A DNA stretch of 64,000 bases. Source: Eledone cirrhosa (lineage: Eukaryota). A program made the position numbers and the translations under genes. Under the pieces are notes generated by a model that worked only from the letters and a program-made list of their open reading frames with translations, did no database searches and had not been told where the DNA came from. How positions within the stretch are numbered: the stretch's first letter is position 1; each line of letters opens with the position of its first letter. The DNA is taken from assembly GCA_964016885.1 (NCBI GenBank), contig OZ024751.1:21018001-21082000 (forward strand), given 5' to 3'. Positions 1 to 13,440 of the stretch are shown here, piece after piece.

Positions 1-281
1 AGAGAGACAGACTGAGTGATAGAGAGAGAAAGATAAAGATAAAGAGAGAAAGACAGAGACAAAGTGAATGAAAGAGAGAGAGACAGGCAGACAGAGACCG
101 ACAGACGGAGAAAGGGAGAAGGACAGAGAGAGAAAGAGAGAGACAAAGTGAGAGAAAGAGATAGACAGACAAAGCGATAGAGAGAGAAAGAGAGGAAAAG
201 AGAGACAAAGTGAAAGAGAGAGAGAGAGAGAGCGTGAGAGATAGAGAGACAGACAGACAGACCGACAGATAAAGTGCGAGG

Positions 282-361
<80 letters not shown>

Positions 362-540
362 AAGAGAGACAAGGAAACAGAGAAATAGAGAGAGAGAGAC
401 AGACAGACAAAGAGAGACAGAGAAACAGAGAAACAGAGAGAGACAAAATGAAAGAGAGAGAGAGAGAGACAGAGAGACAGGGAGACAGGAGAGAGAGAGA
501 CAAAGTGAAAGAGAGAGAGAGACAGAGAGAAAGAGAGACA
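1..540. repeat. (GA)n/(GACA)n purine-rich compound microsatellite
   Basis: Direct reading; ORF 274..642 is an ER-repeat read-through. Confidence 0.95.
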
Positions 541-740
541 GTGTTGGGTATTCTCGGGAGAATTTCTTTGTTTTACTGTAGACACCGATACCTTCAGATG
601 CTGAGGAGCAAATTTGGTGATGGCGGCCATTTTGTCATGTGATACCTCCTAAATAGTTGCAATCCATCATGTGGTTATTTATGTTACATGTTTTCTCTGT
701 GTTCATACTCACTTATATTCTTCTATGTATAAACACACGT

Positions 741-797
<57 letters not shown>

Positions 798-1484
798 GTG
801 AAAGCAAACATTTTCTTACTTAAAGTTTTAATCTGTACTAATAATAAATATTGGCTCTACGGTTTTTATATATTTGATATATATTTATGCTTATCGAGAT
901 ATATACATACATATATATTTAAAATTCAAAGGGATATATGTATATAATTAGACATAGTCACAGATACATATATGAGTGTGACTACCTTTCACGATGTGGG
1001 TCAATGAAGAATTAATTCAGCAAATAATTATTAATCAGAGCTATATATAAAATTGCAAGTTTGAAGAATTATTAGATAAAATATATACAGTATTTCCTCT
1101 CCCTAGTTCGTATAAATCAACCACATAAATAATCATTTAAACAAGACTATACGTTTAAAATGAAACTATGAAGAAATAATAGACAAATGATACAGACTAT
1201 CTCCGCGAGGGACGGTCAGATAAAATTTACCTAGTTATTCCTTTTAGCCCGTTGTCTGGAATGTATAGTCTTGCACGCGCTGATGAACCATAGACTATTC
1301 CATTTCAGTCAACAACCTCCTGGCGAAACAGATCTCTTTGAATTTGTACGCGTGTGTTATATAGTTATAGAGGTGCGTATATACATTGTAATTTATATTT
1401 TTAATTATTGTGTGTCTACCCTGCCTTCCATAGATTATAGATTCCATACACTGGTGGTTTTCCTGGTTTTATTGATGGCACACA

Positions 1485-1529
<45 letters not shown>

Positions 1530-1530
1530 A

Positions 1531-1581
<51 letters not shown>

Positions 1582-1688
1582 GTGTGTTACCTTTTCAACA
1601 TATTGTATTTTAAAGAACTCAGGATTCCTTTTCCTTTGAGCACATTATTGACAGGGAATAGCGAGAGTCTATGACTCCGTCAATTTAT

Positions 1689-1752
<64 letters not shown>

Positions 1753-1754
1753 AT

Positions 1755-1815
<61 letters not shown>

Positions 1816-1844
1816 ATAAATTGAATATATATATGTATATATAA

Positions 1845-1971
1845 CGGTGATGAATTAGTTTTGTGAGGTTTTTGATATGAAATCGTGTGTCGAAACAAAT
1901 ATTGTTGTACAGAAAAAAATGAATGGAATAACAACAACACCGAAACAAACAACACTGACCTAAGAGAAGTA

Positions 1972-2002
<31 letters not shown>

Positions 2003-2245
2003 ATACACAAGCACAATAACAACAAACACATATAAACACACACTAGTAAACTAAGATAGAATACAATAACCAATACACAGTCACCCAAACACGAACACAC
2101 ATCAAACAAAACACTATAAACACACGCAAACGCATGCGCAGAGAAGACAATAAATAAATAAATAAATAAATAAACAGACTAAATAAAGATGGCGTAGGCA
2201 TACAATACAACGGGAGGAAACATAATAGCACCACTGACGATGTTG
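1845..2245. mobile_element. Diverged PLE pseudo-LTR fragment (related to family E) between (TA)n tracts
   Basis: 1855-1910 resembles the reverse complement of 22765-22825. Downstream A/C-rich sequence resembles 39800-40030 and ends in a truncated CTGACGA at 2234. Confidence 0.5.
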
Positions 2246-2268
2246 CATATATATATATATATATATAA

Positions 2269-2332
<64 letters not shown>

Positions 2333-2360
2333 ATATATAGATTTATACATATATATATAA

Positions 2361-2420
<60 letters not shown>

Positions 2421-2655
2421 GAAAAAAGATGAAATCGAAAATGAAACTGGAGTCTTATTTTTTTTTAAATATATATATTTATATATATATTTTTAAAAAT
2501 ATATTTAAAAAAAAATATATATATTTATATATATTTTCCAGTTGCATTTTCGATTTCATCTTTTTTTCTTTATACTTTCACTCGTGTAGGACACCTCGGT
2601 TATTTTTCATTTTATAAAACAAACCTCACTTTCTAATATATATATATATATATAG

Positions 2656-2810
2656 GTTTTAATATAGATGAGATTCTACAGGACTAGAATTGTTTCATTC
2701 TTTAGAAATCATCAGGAATGAAACAGTTCTAGTCCTGTAGAATCTCATCTATATTAAAACTTTTATACTCTGCTATGTATTGAGTACCTCCGATTCAACC
2801 CGGAATAACT

Positions 2811-2816
<6 letters not shown>
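2656..2816. mobile_element. Fold-back HHR mini-element, family B
   Basis: Inverted arms 2656-2700 and 2716-2760, flanked by (TA)n. Minus-strand HHR about 2671-2719 (CTGATGA tttctaaagaat GAAA...ctgTA gaat). Confidence 0.8.
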
Positions 2817-2851
<35 letters not shown>

Positions 2852-2862
2852 TATATATACAG

Positions 2863-2944
<82 letters not shown>

Positions 2945-3048
2945 CGAAAGAAATGTGGTAAGGAACCAGATGGACCATAACACACCAAAGTACTCAATAC
3001 TTAGGGTAGTAGAGTGGGTAATAGGAACCAGTAAGACCCCGACGGCAG
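2945..3048 (-). mobile_element. Family A pseudo-LTR 3' fragment in (TA)n
   Basis: Reverse complement matches 4100-4206 (ccttaccac...tacccactctac). Confidence 0.8.
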
Positions 3049-3063
3049 ATATATATATATATA

Positions 3064-3147
<84 letters not shown>

Positions 3148-3159
3148 TATATAAATATA

Positions 3160-3772
3160 TAAATGTAATCTAAGTTTTTCGAATATTAATAATAATATTC
3201 GATTCGTTTGCAATTATGCAAACAAGCCTCATTTTTAAAGCCATGTCAGTAGAATGAGCTCCTCATTTTTGCTCTTATATTGTCATGTAATCAGAACTGC
3301 AGACACTAATGTTTCTGGGTATCACCCTTCATCAGTACAACTCACTGTTCATCTGCCAACTGTCAGAGCTAGTGAAAATATATTCTATTTTCGAAAATAT
3401 AGAGACTGACCTGCCTGATTTGCATATTAGCAGACTGGCTGATCAGTCAGATCTGTATATCAGCAGACTGGCCAGTGAGTTTCCTGTATCCGAGCGGTGA
3501 ATGGCCGGCTTTGCCACATTCAAATAAAAATTTGCATACGAATCGAATATTATTATTAGTGAATTGGCAGTATCGGTAGAGGGTCGGGCGCCATGCTTTC
3601 CGGCATAGTTACGTCCCTTTACGGACTGAGTTCAAATCCCGCCGAGGTTAACTTTGCCTTTCATCCTTACGAGGTCGATAAAATAAAGTACCAGTAATGT
3701 ACTGGGGAATTGCTGGCCTTGTGCCAAAAGTAGAAACAATTATTAATATTCGAAAAACTCAGATTACATTTA
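3160..3772. mobile_element. MITE-like element with ~55-bp TIRs; right TIR interrupted by a SINE
   Basis: Left 'ataaatgtaatctaagtttttcgaatattaataataatattcgattcgtttgcaa' is the reverse complement of 3532-3558 plus 3745-3772. Confidence 0.7.
3560..3743 (+). mobile_element. tRNA-derived SINE (major family of this window)
   Basis: Box-A-like 'tggcagtatcggtaga', box-B 'gagttcaaatcc', body 'ctttgcctttcatccttacg.ggtcgataaaataaagtaccagt', tail 'agtagaaacaattatt'; more than 15 related copies in the window. Confidence 0.9.
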
Positions 3773-3817
3773 TTGTATTCAGCCATATAGAGCGAAATTT
3801 TTTTTTTGTTTAATATA

Positions 3818-3860
<43 letters not shown>

Positions 3861-3863
<3 letters not shown>

Positions 3864-4205
3864 AAAAGGTATGACCCCGACGGCAGAGCTCAAGCCGTTT
3901 CGACGGCTATTTCTGGACTAAAGTAGAATTTTTAGCCTGGTAAATAAATAGCCGAACTTGTCAAGAGGTACTTCCTTATATGGGAAGATTGTAGTTGTAA
4001 ACAACTACAATCTTCCCATATAAGGACAAGTTCGGCTATTTATTTACCAGGCTAAAAAATTCTAGATTAGTCCAGAAATAGCTGTCGAAACGGCTTGAGC
4101 TCTGCCGTCGGGGTCATACCTTTTCCTATTACCCACTCTACTATCCTAAGTATTGAGTACTCTGGTGCGTTATGGTCCATCTGGTTCCTTACCACAATTC
4201 CTTCG

Positions 4206-4206
<1 letters not shown>
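3861..4206. mobile_element. Fold-back HHR mini-element, family A (longest copy)
   Basis: Arms about 3861-3998 and 4001-4127, apex 'gtagttgt aa acaactac', unpaired tail to 4206, (TA)n on both sides. Confidence 0.85.
3874..3969 (-). ncRNA. Type I hammerhead ribozyme, U3-A8 core variant
   Basis: Minus strand: acctc TTGACAA g..cggctattt...aaatagccg tc GAAA cggc ttgagctct gccg TC ggggt. Stems I, II and III all pair; GUC cleavage triplet. Confidence 0.7.
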
Positions 4207-4241
<35 letters not shown>

Positions 4242-4317
4242 GTATTATCCGAGGCTGGCTGAGGAGATGTGACTGTCCGTATTTTCATTGTATTTGTCCT
4301 GTGCGCTCCATATTTTG

Positions 4318-4401
<84 letters not shown>

Positions 4402-4719
4402 ACACACACACACACACATATATATATATGCATGTGTGTGTATACACAGTGGAACCTCGCTTCACTAACTTAATTCGTTCCTGAAGGTCGTTCAACAGCC
4501 GGTGGGGGTAGCTATGGTTACAGTAAGAAGTATGTAACGTATGTCCCAATATAATGACCAATCGCTGATCAATGGTTGACCAGTGGCTTTGATAGTTTCA
4601 CCTGAGCCTTAACCTCGCAATCATTCATTAGTTCCCATTAGTTAATTGAGGAGGACATCAATATTTCCATAGCCATCATCATATTAACATTATATTTTGA
4701 ACTGTAGCATTGGTGGAAT

Positions 4720-5118
4720 AGAATGGTATGTGGCTCCGTCGGTTGCGACGATGAGTACTTCAGTCGTTCGATTAAAGGAACAGATTGTTTATGAAATTAA
4801 CGTCTAAGTGGCGGATCTTCCCATAGGCACTTGTATCCTTGAACGTAATTCTCAGGAAGATTCAGTATTACGCAGTATGTGACAATACTGGACCTTTGAA
4901 TTACATGTAGAGTTCTTCTTGAATTTCATAAACACGTGTACTTTTAATGTAATTCTCAGGAAGATTCAGTATGACACAGTATGTGACAATATTGGACCTT
5001 TGAATTACAAGTAGAGTTCTTCTTGAATTTCAAAAACACGTGTAGTTTTAATGTAATTCTAAGGGAGATTCAGTATTACACAGTATGTTACAATACTTGA
5101 CACATTGAATTACAAGTC
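4720..5118 (+). repeat. SINE-like repeat with internal ~110-bp tandem triplication
   Basis: 'gtaattctcaggaagattcagtat.ac.cagtatgtgacaata.tggacctttgaattaca' occurs three times; a related copy lies at 17300-17410. Confidence 0.65.
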
Positions 5119-5625
5119 TCTTTATTCTGGTAGGCTTCCAAACAGTATGATTATGTTATTATACAATATAAACAAATTTGCAAAAGCTACATATAGAGAG
5201 ATATACTAAGTATTAATGAGACAGTATACTTTTGGTAAATGATAACGGTTACAATCTTAGATAATAGATTCAAACATGCATAACTTAAATACATACATTA
5301 AAAAAGAAAAAAAAAATGTAAACGCTGAATGATCAACAGTTCAAAATAATGTCCGTAAAAATTTACAGGTTGGATATTTAAACTATATTTAAGACAGAGA
5401 TAGAAAAATAAAGATAGAGAGATAAAGGAATGGATCAAAGTTAATAATATCCCCAAAACCATATGTTATGTATATCAACGTGCCAGCATATTATTAAACA
5501 AATGTATTAATTCAAAACGTTATTTCCTTTATAGATGGTTATAAGATAAAGCAATATTAAAGTTTTATAATCCATTAAGGTTTTCAACTGTTGATGATGT
5601 ACGTCTAAAAACCAAGTTTGGTTGC

Positions 5626-7690
5626 TTACTGTTTTTTCCTGATCTTATGGGAGACTTGGAATGTAGACAAGGCTTTATGAAGGCAGTTTGAAGATAATTC
5701 ACTTTTTTTGTTAATTAAGTTCTCATAATTATTAATAATCAAAAGGGTCTCCATTGTACAAAGCGCGCAGTTACTTGATATACTTGAGTTGCGGTAAATT
5801 CCACTATTACGAAGTTTCGTCCAAAAGATGGAGTATTTTAAATTCTTATCTTTTAATGACCATATAAGCTGTGATAAAGAAGTGGATGATTTCCTATTGA
5901 ATTCGAGAATGAGCATTTATGATACGCAAATATAGCTTTAAATGTAGAAGAAGTCGATCCTATGTAGTTGTATGTGTTGTAATCAGTTTTACGGTGCATT
6001 TGTACACTAAATTACTATCCAAACAATTATTTTGCAGAGGGCAATCAAGTTTATTTCTACAATTACATTTTGATTTATTATTATTTATGTTAACACTATT
6101 ATTAAGATCATTATGCTGATTCTGCTTTAGAATTTTACTGTTTATTTTAGCAATGTTTTGGGCCATATTCATAGTTGTAGAATAAGATAATTTAATAGTG
6201 TGTCTATTAAAAATGGAATGGTATTTATGTTGACTAGGGAAAGAGCTGTCAAAAGCTTTAAAGAATAGGTTTGCAATTGGTGTTCTAACTGCTACGGAAG
6301 CAGGGGGGCAAACCATATGACTGATTTAGTTCTAGTTCTTTTCCTCGATTTGTTCCCCGTATGGGTGTTTGAATTATAATTAAGAGTTTCGTTTATATAT
6401 GCCGTTATTTTTATCAGGATTAAAACTTGGATTATTATTATCTACATATTCTATATTATTCTCATATCCTGCTCTTTTTAGCGCTTCATTGTAGTATCCT
6501 GCATTATCATCAAATATTGCTTTATTGGCTGATATTCTATTAATGCATTTTTGCACACTATTTACTATAGCTTTTTTTTTTACAGATTTAGGGTGATTGA
6601 AGTAGTAACTAACATAGTTTAAGTTTTCATTGGGCTTATGAAAAGGGTAATAAAAGCCAGAGTTTAAGTTAAACGTAACATCTAGGAAATTAACTATTTT
6701 GGTACGCTTTTCTACTTCTAACTTAAGGTCATACATTTTAAAGAATTCTATTATACTTTTCTTTACTCTATTTAGTTCAATATTGTTGTGTTTGACCACC
6801 GTAAATATAATGTCGTCCCTATACAAACCAACGGTAATCTCCGGCAGTTTTCTATTTATCATATTTAATATGAAAATTCCCAGAAGATCTGTGATTTGCG
6901 CAGAATCGGATGCCCCCATAGTAATATCAAAGTTTCTATTTCTATCTGAGCGGGTCCAATACTCATTGTTGAAGTTAATAAGAGTTCTTCTAGCTGTTAG
7001 TATGATATCAATTTCATCTGTGGTTAGATCAGTATGCTTATAAGCGTATAAGAGAGCCTTATTTAGTAGGTTGGGTGTTATGGAAGAATAGTAGTTTGTT
7101 ATGTCCATCTGGATGAATTTATGGTTTTTCTTATCATCTATATTCTTGTACCATTCTATGACTTCATTTGTATCTTTCCATAAGCTCAAATTAGATCTCA
7201 ATTTAAGAGTAGGTAGAATTCTATCGATGATGTTTTTACTGATTATTCCAATATCCGATTTGGATGGAGCAATCAATCTAACTGGCATATCTTCCTCGAA
7301 GTTTCTTTTGTGATCCTTCAAGTTAATCCTCGGCTGCCTAGGTATAAATGGCTCGGTTATTCCATCTATTCCTAAATTGGTAATTAATTTATAAGCATCC
7401 TCGTTAATTTCTGTAAGATCTTCAGCCGGGGCATTTTTATAATTTTTCCTAAGTTCCTTTAAAATCAAGTTGTTATATTCTTCTTTGTTTATCCCATATA
7501 AATTATTTGTTTTGTTCGATTTAACCAATATTTTGTTAACTTTTTTTATTTCCGTGATTTTTTCTTTTAGAGTTCTAAGGTATTGGTGACCTATATATGG
7601 GTTTTTTCCTAAATTTAATTTTTTAAAGTATACCGAGCATTTCAGTTCAAAACCTCCAGGAGTTTGTTGTATGGAGGATTCTTTCTTCAT
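5626..7690 (-). mobile_element. Penelope-like retroelement, frameshifted RT + C-terminal GIY-YIG endonuclease
   Basis: ORF 6380-7690 has RT motifs QMDITNYYSSI, ITMGASDSAQ, GLYRDD and VNFLDVTF. Downstream frames give CNCRNKLDCPL..NLVYKC, then by hand YIGSTSSTFK..YHK, then CALCTME..LINKKSEL..CLHK. Several frameshifts. Confidence 0.92.
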
Positions 7691-8209
7691 TTAAATAAAG
7701 ATTCGAAATGATTGCTGTTGGTTTTTCTTACATATGTGTATGTATATATTATGGAAAGCTTTGGGAGTTTTCGAACTTCTGCTATCTGATTATATTTACT
7801 TTATCTGATAATGATTAGATTTTGTGTTAGGATTTGAACCAATTTTTTCTGGCAGCCATTAGAATTGATTAAATTGTAAGTTTTCTAGAGAATTCTCAAG
7901 AGAATAGAGCAGTCGTTTATGTTTCTTTATTGTCTCTTTTTAATATATGTTTCAATATTTTTGTTTTCGTTTTTATTTTTGTTTCGTGAGTATATATGTA
8001 CTTTACTGATAACGTGGCTGCATGTTTTAATAGCAGCTGCAATATAAAGACTGCGGGATAGAGTTGCACTTTTATACAAAATATATAAACTGATAACATA
8101 CAAAGTTGACAGCTTTCATACTGGAAATTAAATGTTTATATAACGTTTCTATGTTTGAAATTAATTCATACGAGTACTTACCAGCTTTCACTTATAAAAG
8201 TTGCGATTT

Positions 8210-8360
8210 GGCAGAGTCGTTAGAAAAGTTGAATAGAATGCTTTGAACTGTTTGTTTCAGCTCTCTGCTCTCTGTGTTCAAATCTCACCGAGGTCAACGG
8301 TTTTGCCTTTCAACCATTCAAGGTCGTTAAAAATCTACCAGTCAAGTACAAGGGTCGATT
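8210..8360 (+). mobile_element. Diverged tRNA-SINE copy
   Basis: 'ttggcagagtcgttaga...gttcaaatctcaccgaggtcaac.gttttgcctttca'. Confidence 0.7.
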
Positions 8361-8461
8361 CTTCTTCTATATCTCTTTCTCCCTTCCATTCTCTCACTCT
8401 CCATCATTCTCTGGAAGAGAGATGCATATATGTGTGAATATATATATATATATATATATTT

Positions 8462-8595
8462 ATTAAAATAACAGATTAAAGTTTAAGCAAAGAATCGCTG
8501 CTTTCACCCTTATTTGCTCTACGGTTCTTATATATTTGATATATATTTTCCTTATCGAGCCCTCTTTGGATTTTAGTCTTCAATTTTATTATTAT

Positions 8596-8598
<3 letters not shown>
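8462..8598. mobile_element. Short interspersed fragment in (TA)n (family I)
   Basis: Reverse-complement matches at 27241-27323 and 27716-27770; related text at 795-900. Confidence 0.6.
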
Positions 8599-8663
<65 letters not shown>

Positions 8664-8729
8664 AAGGAAAACTTGAACCGTTAAGGTATCTTTTTCTTGG
8701 TTATATCCAAATTTATAAAACACACTTTG

Positions 8730-8790
8730 TATTTTATCTGATGAAAGCGTATCAAAGTTTTGGTACCCTTGAAATATCTATAATAGAATA
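8730..8790 (+). ncRNA. Hammerhead ribozyme, family C
   Basis: tattttat CTGATGA aagcgtatcaaa..tttggtaccctt GAAA tatcta TA atagaata; element 8662-8836 lies between (TA)n tracts. Confidence 0.75.
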
Positions 8791-8830
8791 AATATGGGTT
8801 TATAACTATAGTTTCTATTTATTTAATATC

Positions 8831-8943
<113 letters not shown>

Positions 8944-9494
8944 GTTATATATAATACATACATATATATATATGTCTGTGTGTGTATACGTATGCATATA
9001 TATACCTATACATATACATATGTGTGTGTGTGGGGGGGGGGGGTGCATGTACATATCTGTGCGTGTCTATCTACTGAACAATAGCATACAAGCCATAAGC
9101 CATAAACCATCATCATTCTATAAGCAATGTATCAATCAAATGATCACGATCAATTTTATTTCTGTGATATAGTAAAACGAAACGAGCTTGGTAAATTAAT
9201 TTCGTATTTAATCTTGGACCTGACGCTAATTCTACTCGGAAACATAGCATGCAGGTGAAATGGTTTGGTATGTACTGAAGTAACATATCAAACTATGATG
9301 CTAGTGATGTGGGTGTTGGTAGTGATGTTAGTGATACTATTGGTATTTGTGGTGTTAGTCTTGTTAGTGTTTAGTGATTTATATAAGAAGCAGGTGAGAT
9401 TGAGATATTGCCAGGACGGAAATGTTCTAATTTATGTTCAGTTTAAAGGCAAATGAACAATGAACAATGAACAATTTATGAAGTATATTTCATC

Positions 9495-9547
<53 letters not shown>

Positions 9548-9687
9548 TAGTTCTGTCGAAGCCGTTTCTATATATATATGAAGAAAGAGATAGTCATGGC
9601 ATAGAAATCATGAGAGGTTTTTCCAGTTTTTGGATGATCTGTAATATTACTACTACTAATACTAATAATCTAAACTATAATAAAGAA

Positions 9688-9868
9688 ATAATTGTTTCTA
9701 CTTTAGGCACAAGGCCAGCAATTACCCAGTACATTACTGGTACTTTATTTTATCGACCCCGTAAGGATGAAAGGCAAAGTTAACCTTGGCGGGATTTGAA
9801 CTCAGACTGTAAAGGGATGTAACTGTGCTAGAAAGCATGGCGTCCAACCCTCTACCGATACTGCCAAA
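9688..9868 (-). mobile_element. tRNA-derived SINE
   Basis: Reverse complement of 3560-3743. Confidence 0.9.
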
Positions 9869-9969
9869 ATGATAATAAAGATGTCAGTTTCTTTTGCTGC
9901 TGTCAACAGAAACAGTTGGATTCCTTCCTCGAATATACGAACTCTATTATAATTAATGTCGTAAATACA

Positions 9970-10073
<104 letters not shown>

Positions 10074-10264
10074 GCATACATATATATATATGTATTTTTT
10101 TTAAATATTTATATCTATATATATATAAATATGTATATATATATGTATATATATACAAATGAAAGTACAGTATATTCGAAGTTCGAGCAGCAGCAGCTAA
10201 GCCAACGAATGCCTTCAGCAGTGAAGCCAAACACTCGACAAGGTAATCAGAGTAATAACATACA

Positions 10265-10299
<35 letters not shown>

Positions 10300-10536
10300 T
10301 GTGTGTATGTATATATAGATATAATGTGTGTATATAAATATATATATATATGTATGTGTATATATATATATATTATATACCATATACATATTATATATAT
10401 ATATATATTATATATTATATATATATATATGTGTGTGTTATGTTATATATATATATCTATATCTAAGTGTGTGTATGTATATATATATATGTGTGTATAT
10501 AAATATATATATATATGTATGTATATATATATATAC

Positions 10537-10600
<64 letters not shown>

Positions 10601-10670
10601 TATGTATATATATATGTGTGTGTATATAAATATATATATATGTATGTATATATATATATATAACATATAC

Positions 10671-10747
<77 letters not shown>

Positions 10748-11172
10748 GAGATAGATATATAGAGATATATACATATATATAAATATATATGTGTGTATGT
10801 GTGTGTACAGATATATATGTTACACATGTGTTTACATGACTGTGAATGAGAGTTCGTAGGTGTGCGTGGGTTTGTGTGATGTGCGCGTGGGTGAACACAC
10901 ATGTATTCATGTAAATCCGTACACATACTCACACACACATACTCACACACACACACACACATATATGTGTTTGTGTGGGGGTGTATGTATATACGAGTGT
11001 TCATATGTGTGTGTGTGTGTGTGTGTGTATGTGTGTATGTGCGTATGTGCGTATGCATGAGTTCATACGCGTGTGTGGGCGTGTATGGATGTGTGCGTGG
11101 GTGTTACGTATGTTTTCCTGAAATATGCACACACACACACACACACAACACACACAAACACACGCGCGCGCA

Positions 11173-11210
<38 letters not shown>

Positions 11211-11259
11211 TACGTATATCTATCTATTTATCTATTGATAAATCTATCTAACCGTTGAT

Positions 11260-11402
11260 AGAAGAAGAAGAAGAAGAAGAAGAAGAAGAGAAGAAGAAGA
11301 AGAAGAAGAAGAAGAAGAAGAAGAAGAAGAAGAAGAAGAAGAAGAAGAAGAAGAAGAAGAAGAAGAAGAAGAAGAAGAAGAAGAAGAAGAAGAAGAAGAA
11401 GA
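11260..11402. repeat. (GAA)n microsatellite
   Basis: Direct reading. Confidence 0.97.
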
Positions 11403-11610
11403 TATACCAGTGTAAAATTTATGACAATATTTTCAACTAGTTTAGCAATATAAAAAACATGAAATTGAAAGAAAAAAACGTAAGTTTCTTTCAGAAATCT
11501 CAATGGCTGTCAACAGAAGCAGCTGGACTCCTTCCTCAAATATAATACAATATCTTAATTAATGTTGCTTTCAAAACAAGTCAAGGATTCTCCAAAGACC
11601 AAGAAGATGT

Positions 11611-11688
<78 letters not shown>

Positions 11689-11789
11689 CGGGCTTGTAGA
11701 GGTGTCTATGTGGATGTTTGTTTGTGTGTATGTCAATGTTCTCCCCCCCCCCTCTTTTTATATATCTATATGCATTTATATATATATAC

Positions 11790-11828
<39 letters not shown>

Positions 11829-12199
11829 TATGTGGAACAAACTGTATGCATCGATGTATATGTATGTTTGAAAAACTGTATTAGAGACAGTTTACTTTTG
11901 TAGTGTTATATATTAATAATGTATATATATATGTGTGTGTGTGTGTGTGTGACCATGTGTGTGTGTGTGTGTGTGACCATGTGTGTGTGTGTGGTGGCTG
12001 GTGTGTGTAATGTGTGTTTTACATAGTTATCTCTTTATGTCATTAATACTACATACATATATACACCTTATATTCTATATATTATTTTTATAAACGATCA
12101 CACTCTTACACATACATACGTAGCCGCATATACATACACGCATACATATATGCCTGTATATGTACATCTACGTTGTAGTGTCTTTGTGAACCTTGTGAT

Positions 12200-12465
12200 C
12201 TAGACATTTATTCCACCATGACAGACCGGCAGCGTGCTGGTCGACTTTAAACCCATCCCCATGGTCAATGGTGTCAAGCAAAGATACATTTTGCTACCAC
12301 CTATCTTTAGCATGGCGTTTATTACAATGCTTAACGAGATTTTCTATTATTGCCGAGCAGGTATTGACTTTCAGACAGATGACAGATTTTTTCAATCTGC
12401 GCAGATTTTAGTCTAAGATGATCGTCTCAGAGGTTATCGTTCGTGATCTATTCGCCGACGACTGT
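12200..12465 (+). mobile_element. RTE-clade LINE RT fragment (degenerate)
   Basis: Translation PIPMVNGVKQRYILLPPIFS resembles RTE 'NGVKQGCVLAPTLFS'; followed by ..VIVRDLFADD. Confidence 0.7.
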
Positions 12466-12720
12466 AACTTTTATATACTGACGAATGCACCTTTGTGCTG
12501 ACGACTGCACACTCTGTTCTGATGACTTCATCCTCTATGCTGATGTCTGCACCCTCATTGATGACAACTTCGCCTTCTGTACTGACGACTGCAGCTTCTA
12601 AGCTGACACAGCGTCCTGATTGATTGCTGATGTCTGCATCCTCACAGCTAACAACAGCAGGACGCTGATGACTACGTCCTTTGTTCTGGCGACTGCACAG
12701 TCTATGTTGACGACTATCTC
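12450..12720 (+). repeat. Degenerate ~21-bp minisatellite (consensus about ctctatgctgacgactgcacc)
   Basis: About 12-13 diverged units beginning at the FADD codons. Confidence 0.65.
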
Positions 12721-12844
12721 AGGTGGCTTCAGTCCACTCAGCTGGTAATATTGGTTTGTACCTGATATATAGTGGCCAACTTTATCACACATTGCATCAC
12801 GCTGAATCTGCCTGAGAACTGTAGAAGCTTTTCTATATTAATAT

Positions 12845-12925
<81 letters not shown>

Positions 12926-12927
<2 letters not shown>

Positions 12928-13440
12928 TAAACAGAAATAACAACACAATCGGTACAATATAAGGAAGGAATATATTAGGTTAACGCTTGAAATAGCAGGA
13001 AGAGGGTCTTAACGTTTTGAACGTTAGTCCATCATCAGAAAAAATGTCTTTAAGATAAAAATAACAGGTCCATTCATGTTTTCCACAACAGTTAGTTCTC
13101 CATTACCGAGAACAATTATTTCACCTTATTCGGATCATCAGCTCGGTCTAAATGTTGTACGGAACTGTTGTGGAACTAGTTCTACCAAACTCGTCCCATG
13201 GACTGAGTGCTCTACTATTACGGATATAACCCACTAGTGTTCTACAATTATATATATATGGAAGAGATATATTAGGTTAACGCTTGATATAGCAGGAAGA
13301 GGATCTTAACGTTTCGGACGCTAGTGCTTCATCAGAAGAAAGAATGAGAAATAAGATAGATTGAGGAGACGGGTGGGATGGAATTGTAAAAAATGTCTTT
13401 AGATAAAAATAACAGGTCCATTCATGTTGACATCTCTGGC
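12926..13440 (-). mobile_element. Nested pseudo-LTR fragments (families G and H) with minus-strand HHRs
   Basis: HHR 13105-13147: accgag CTGATGA tccgaataaggt GAAA taattg TT ctcggt. HHR 13304-13339: tctt CTGATGA agcactagcgtcc GAAA cg TT aaga. Degenerate copy at about 13005-13042. Confidence 0.7.

Noticed and set aside
3560-3743. tRNA gene
   Set aside because: Only A/B-box-like motifs; no cloverleaf, and it continues into a high-copy SINE body.
4447-4485. pogo/Tigger-like TIR (cagtggaacctcg)
   Set aside because: No partner TIR found nearby.
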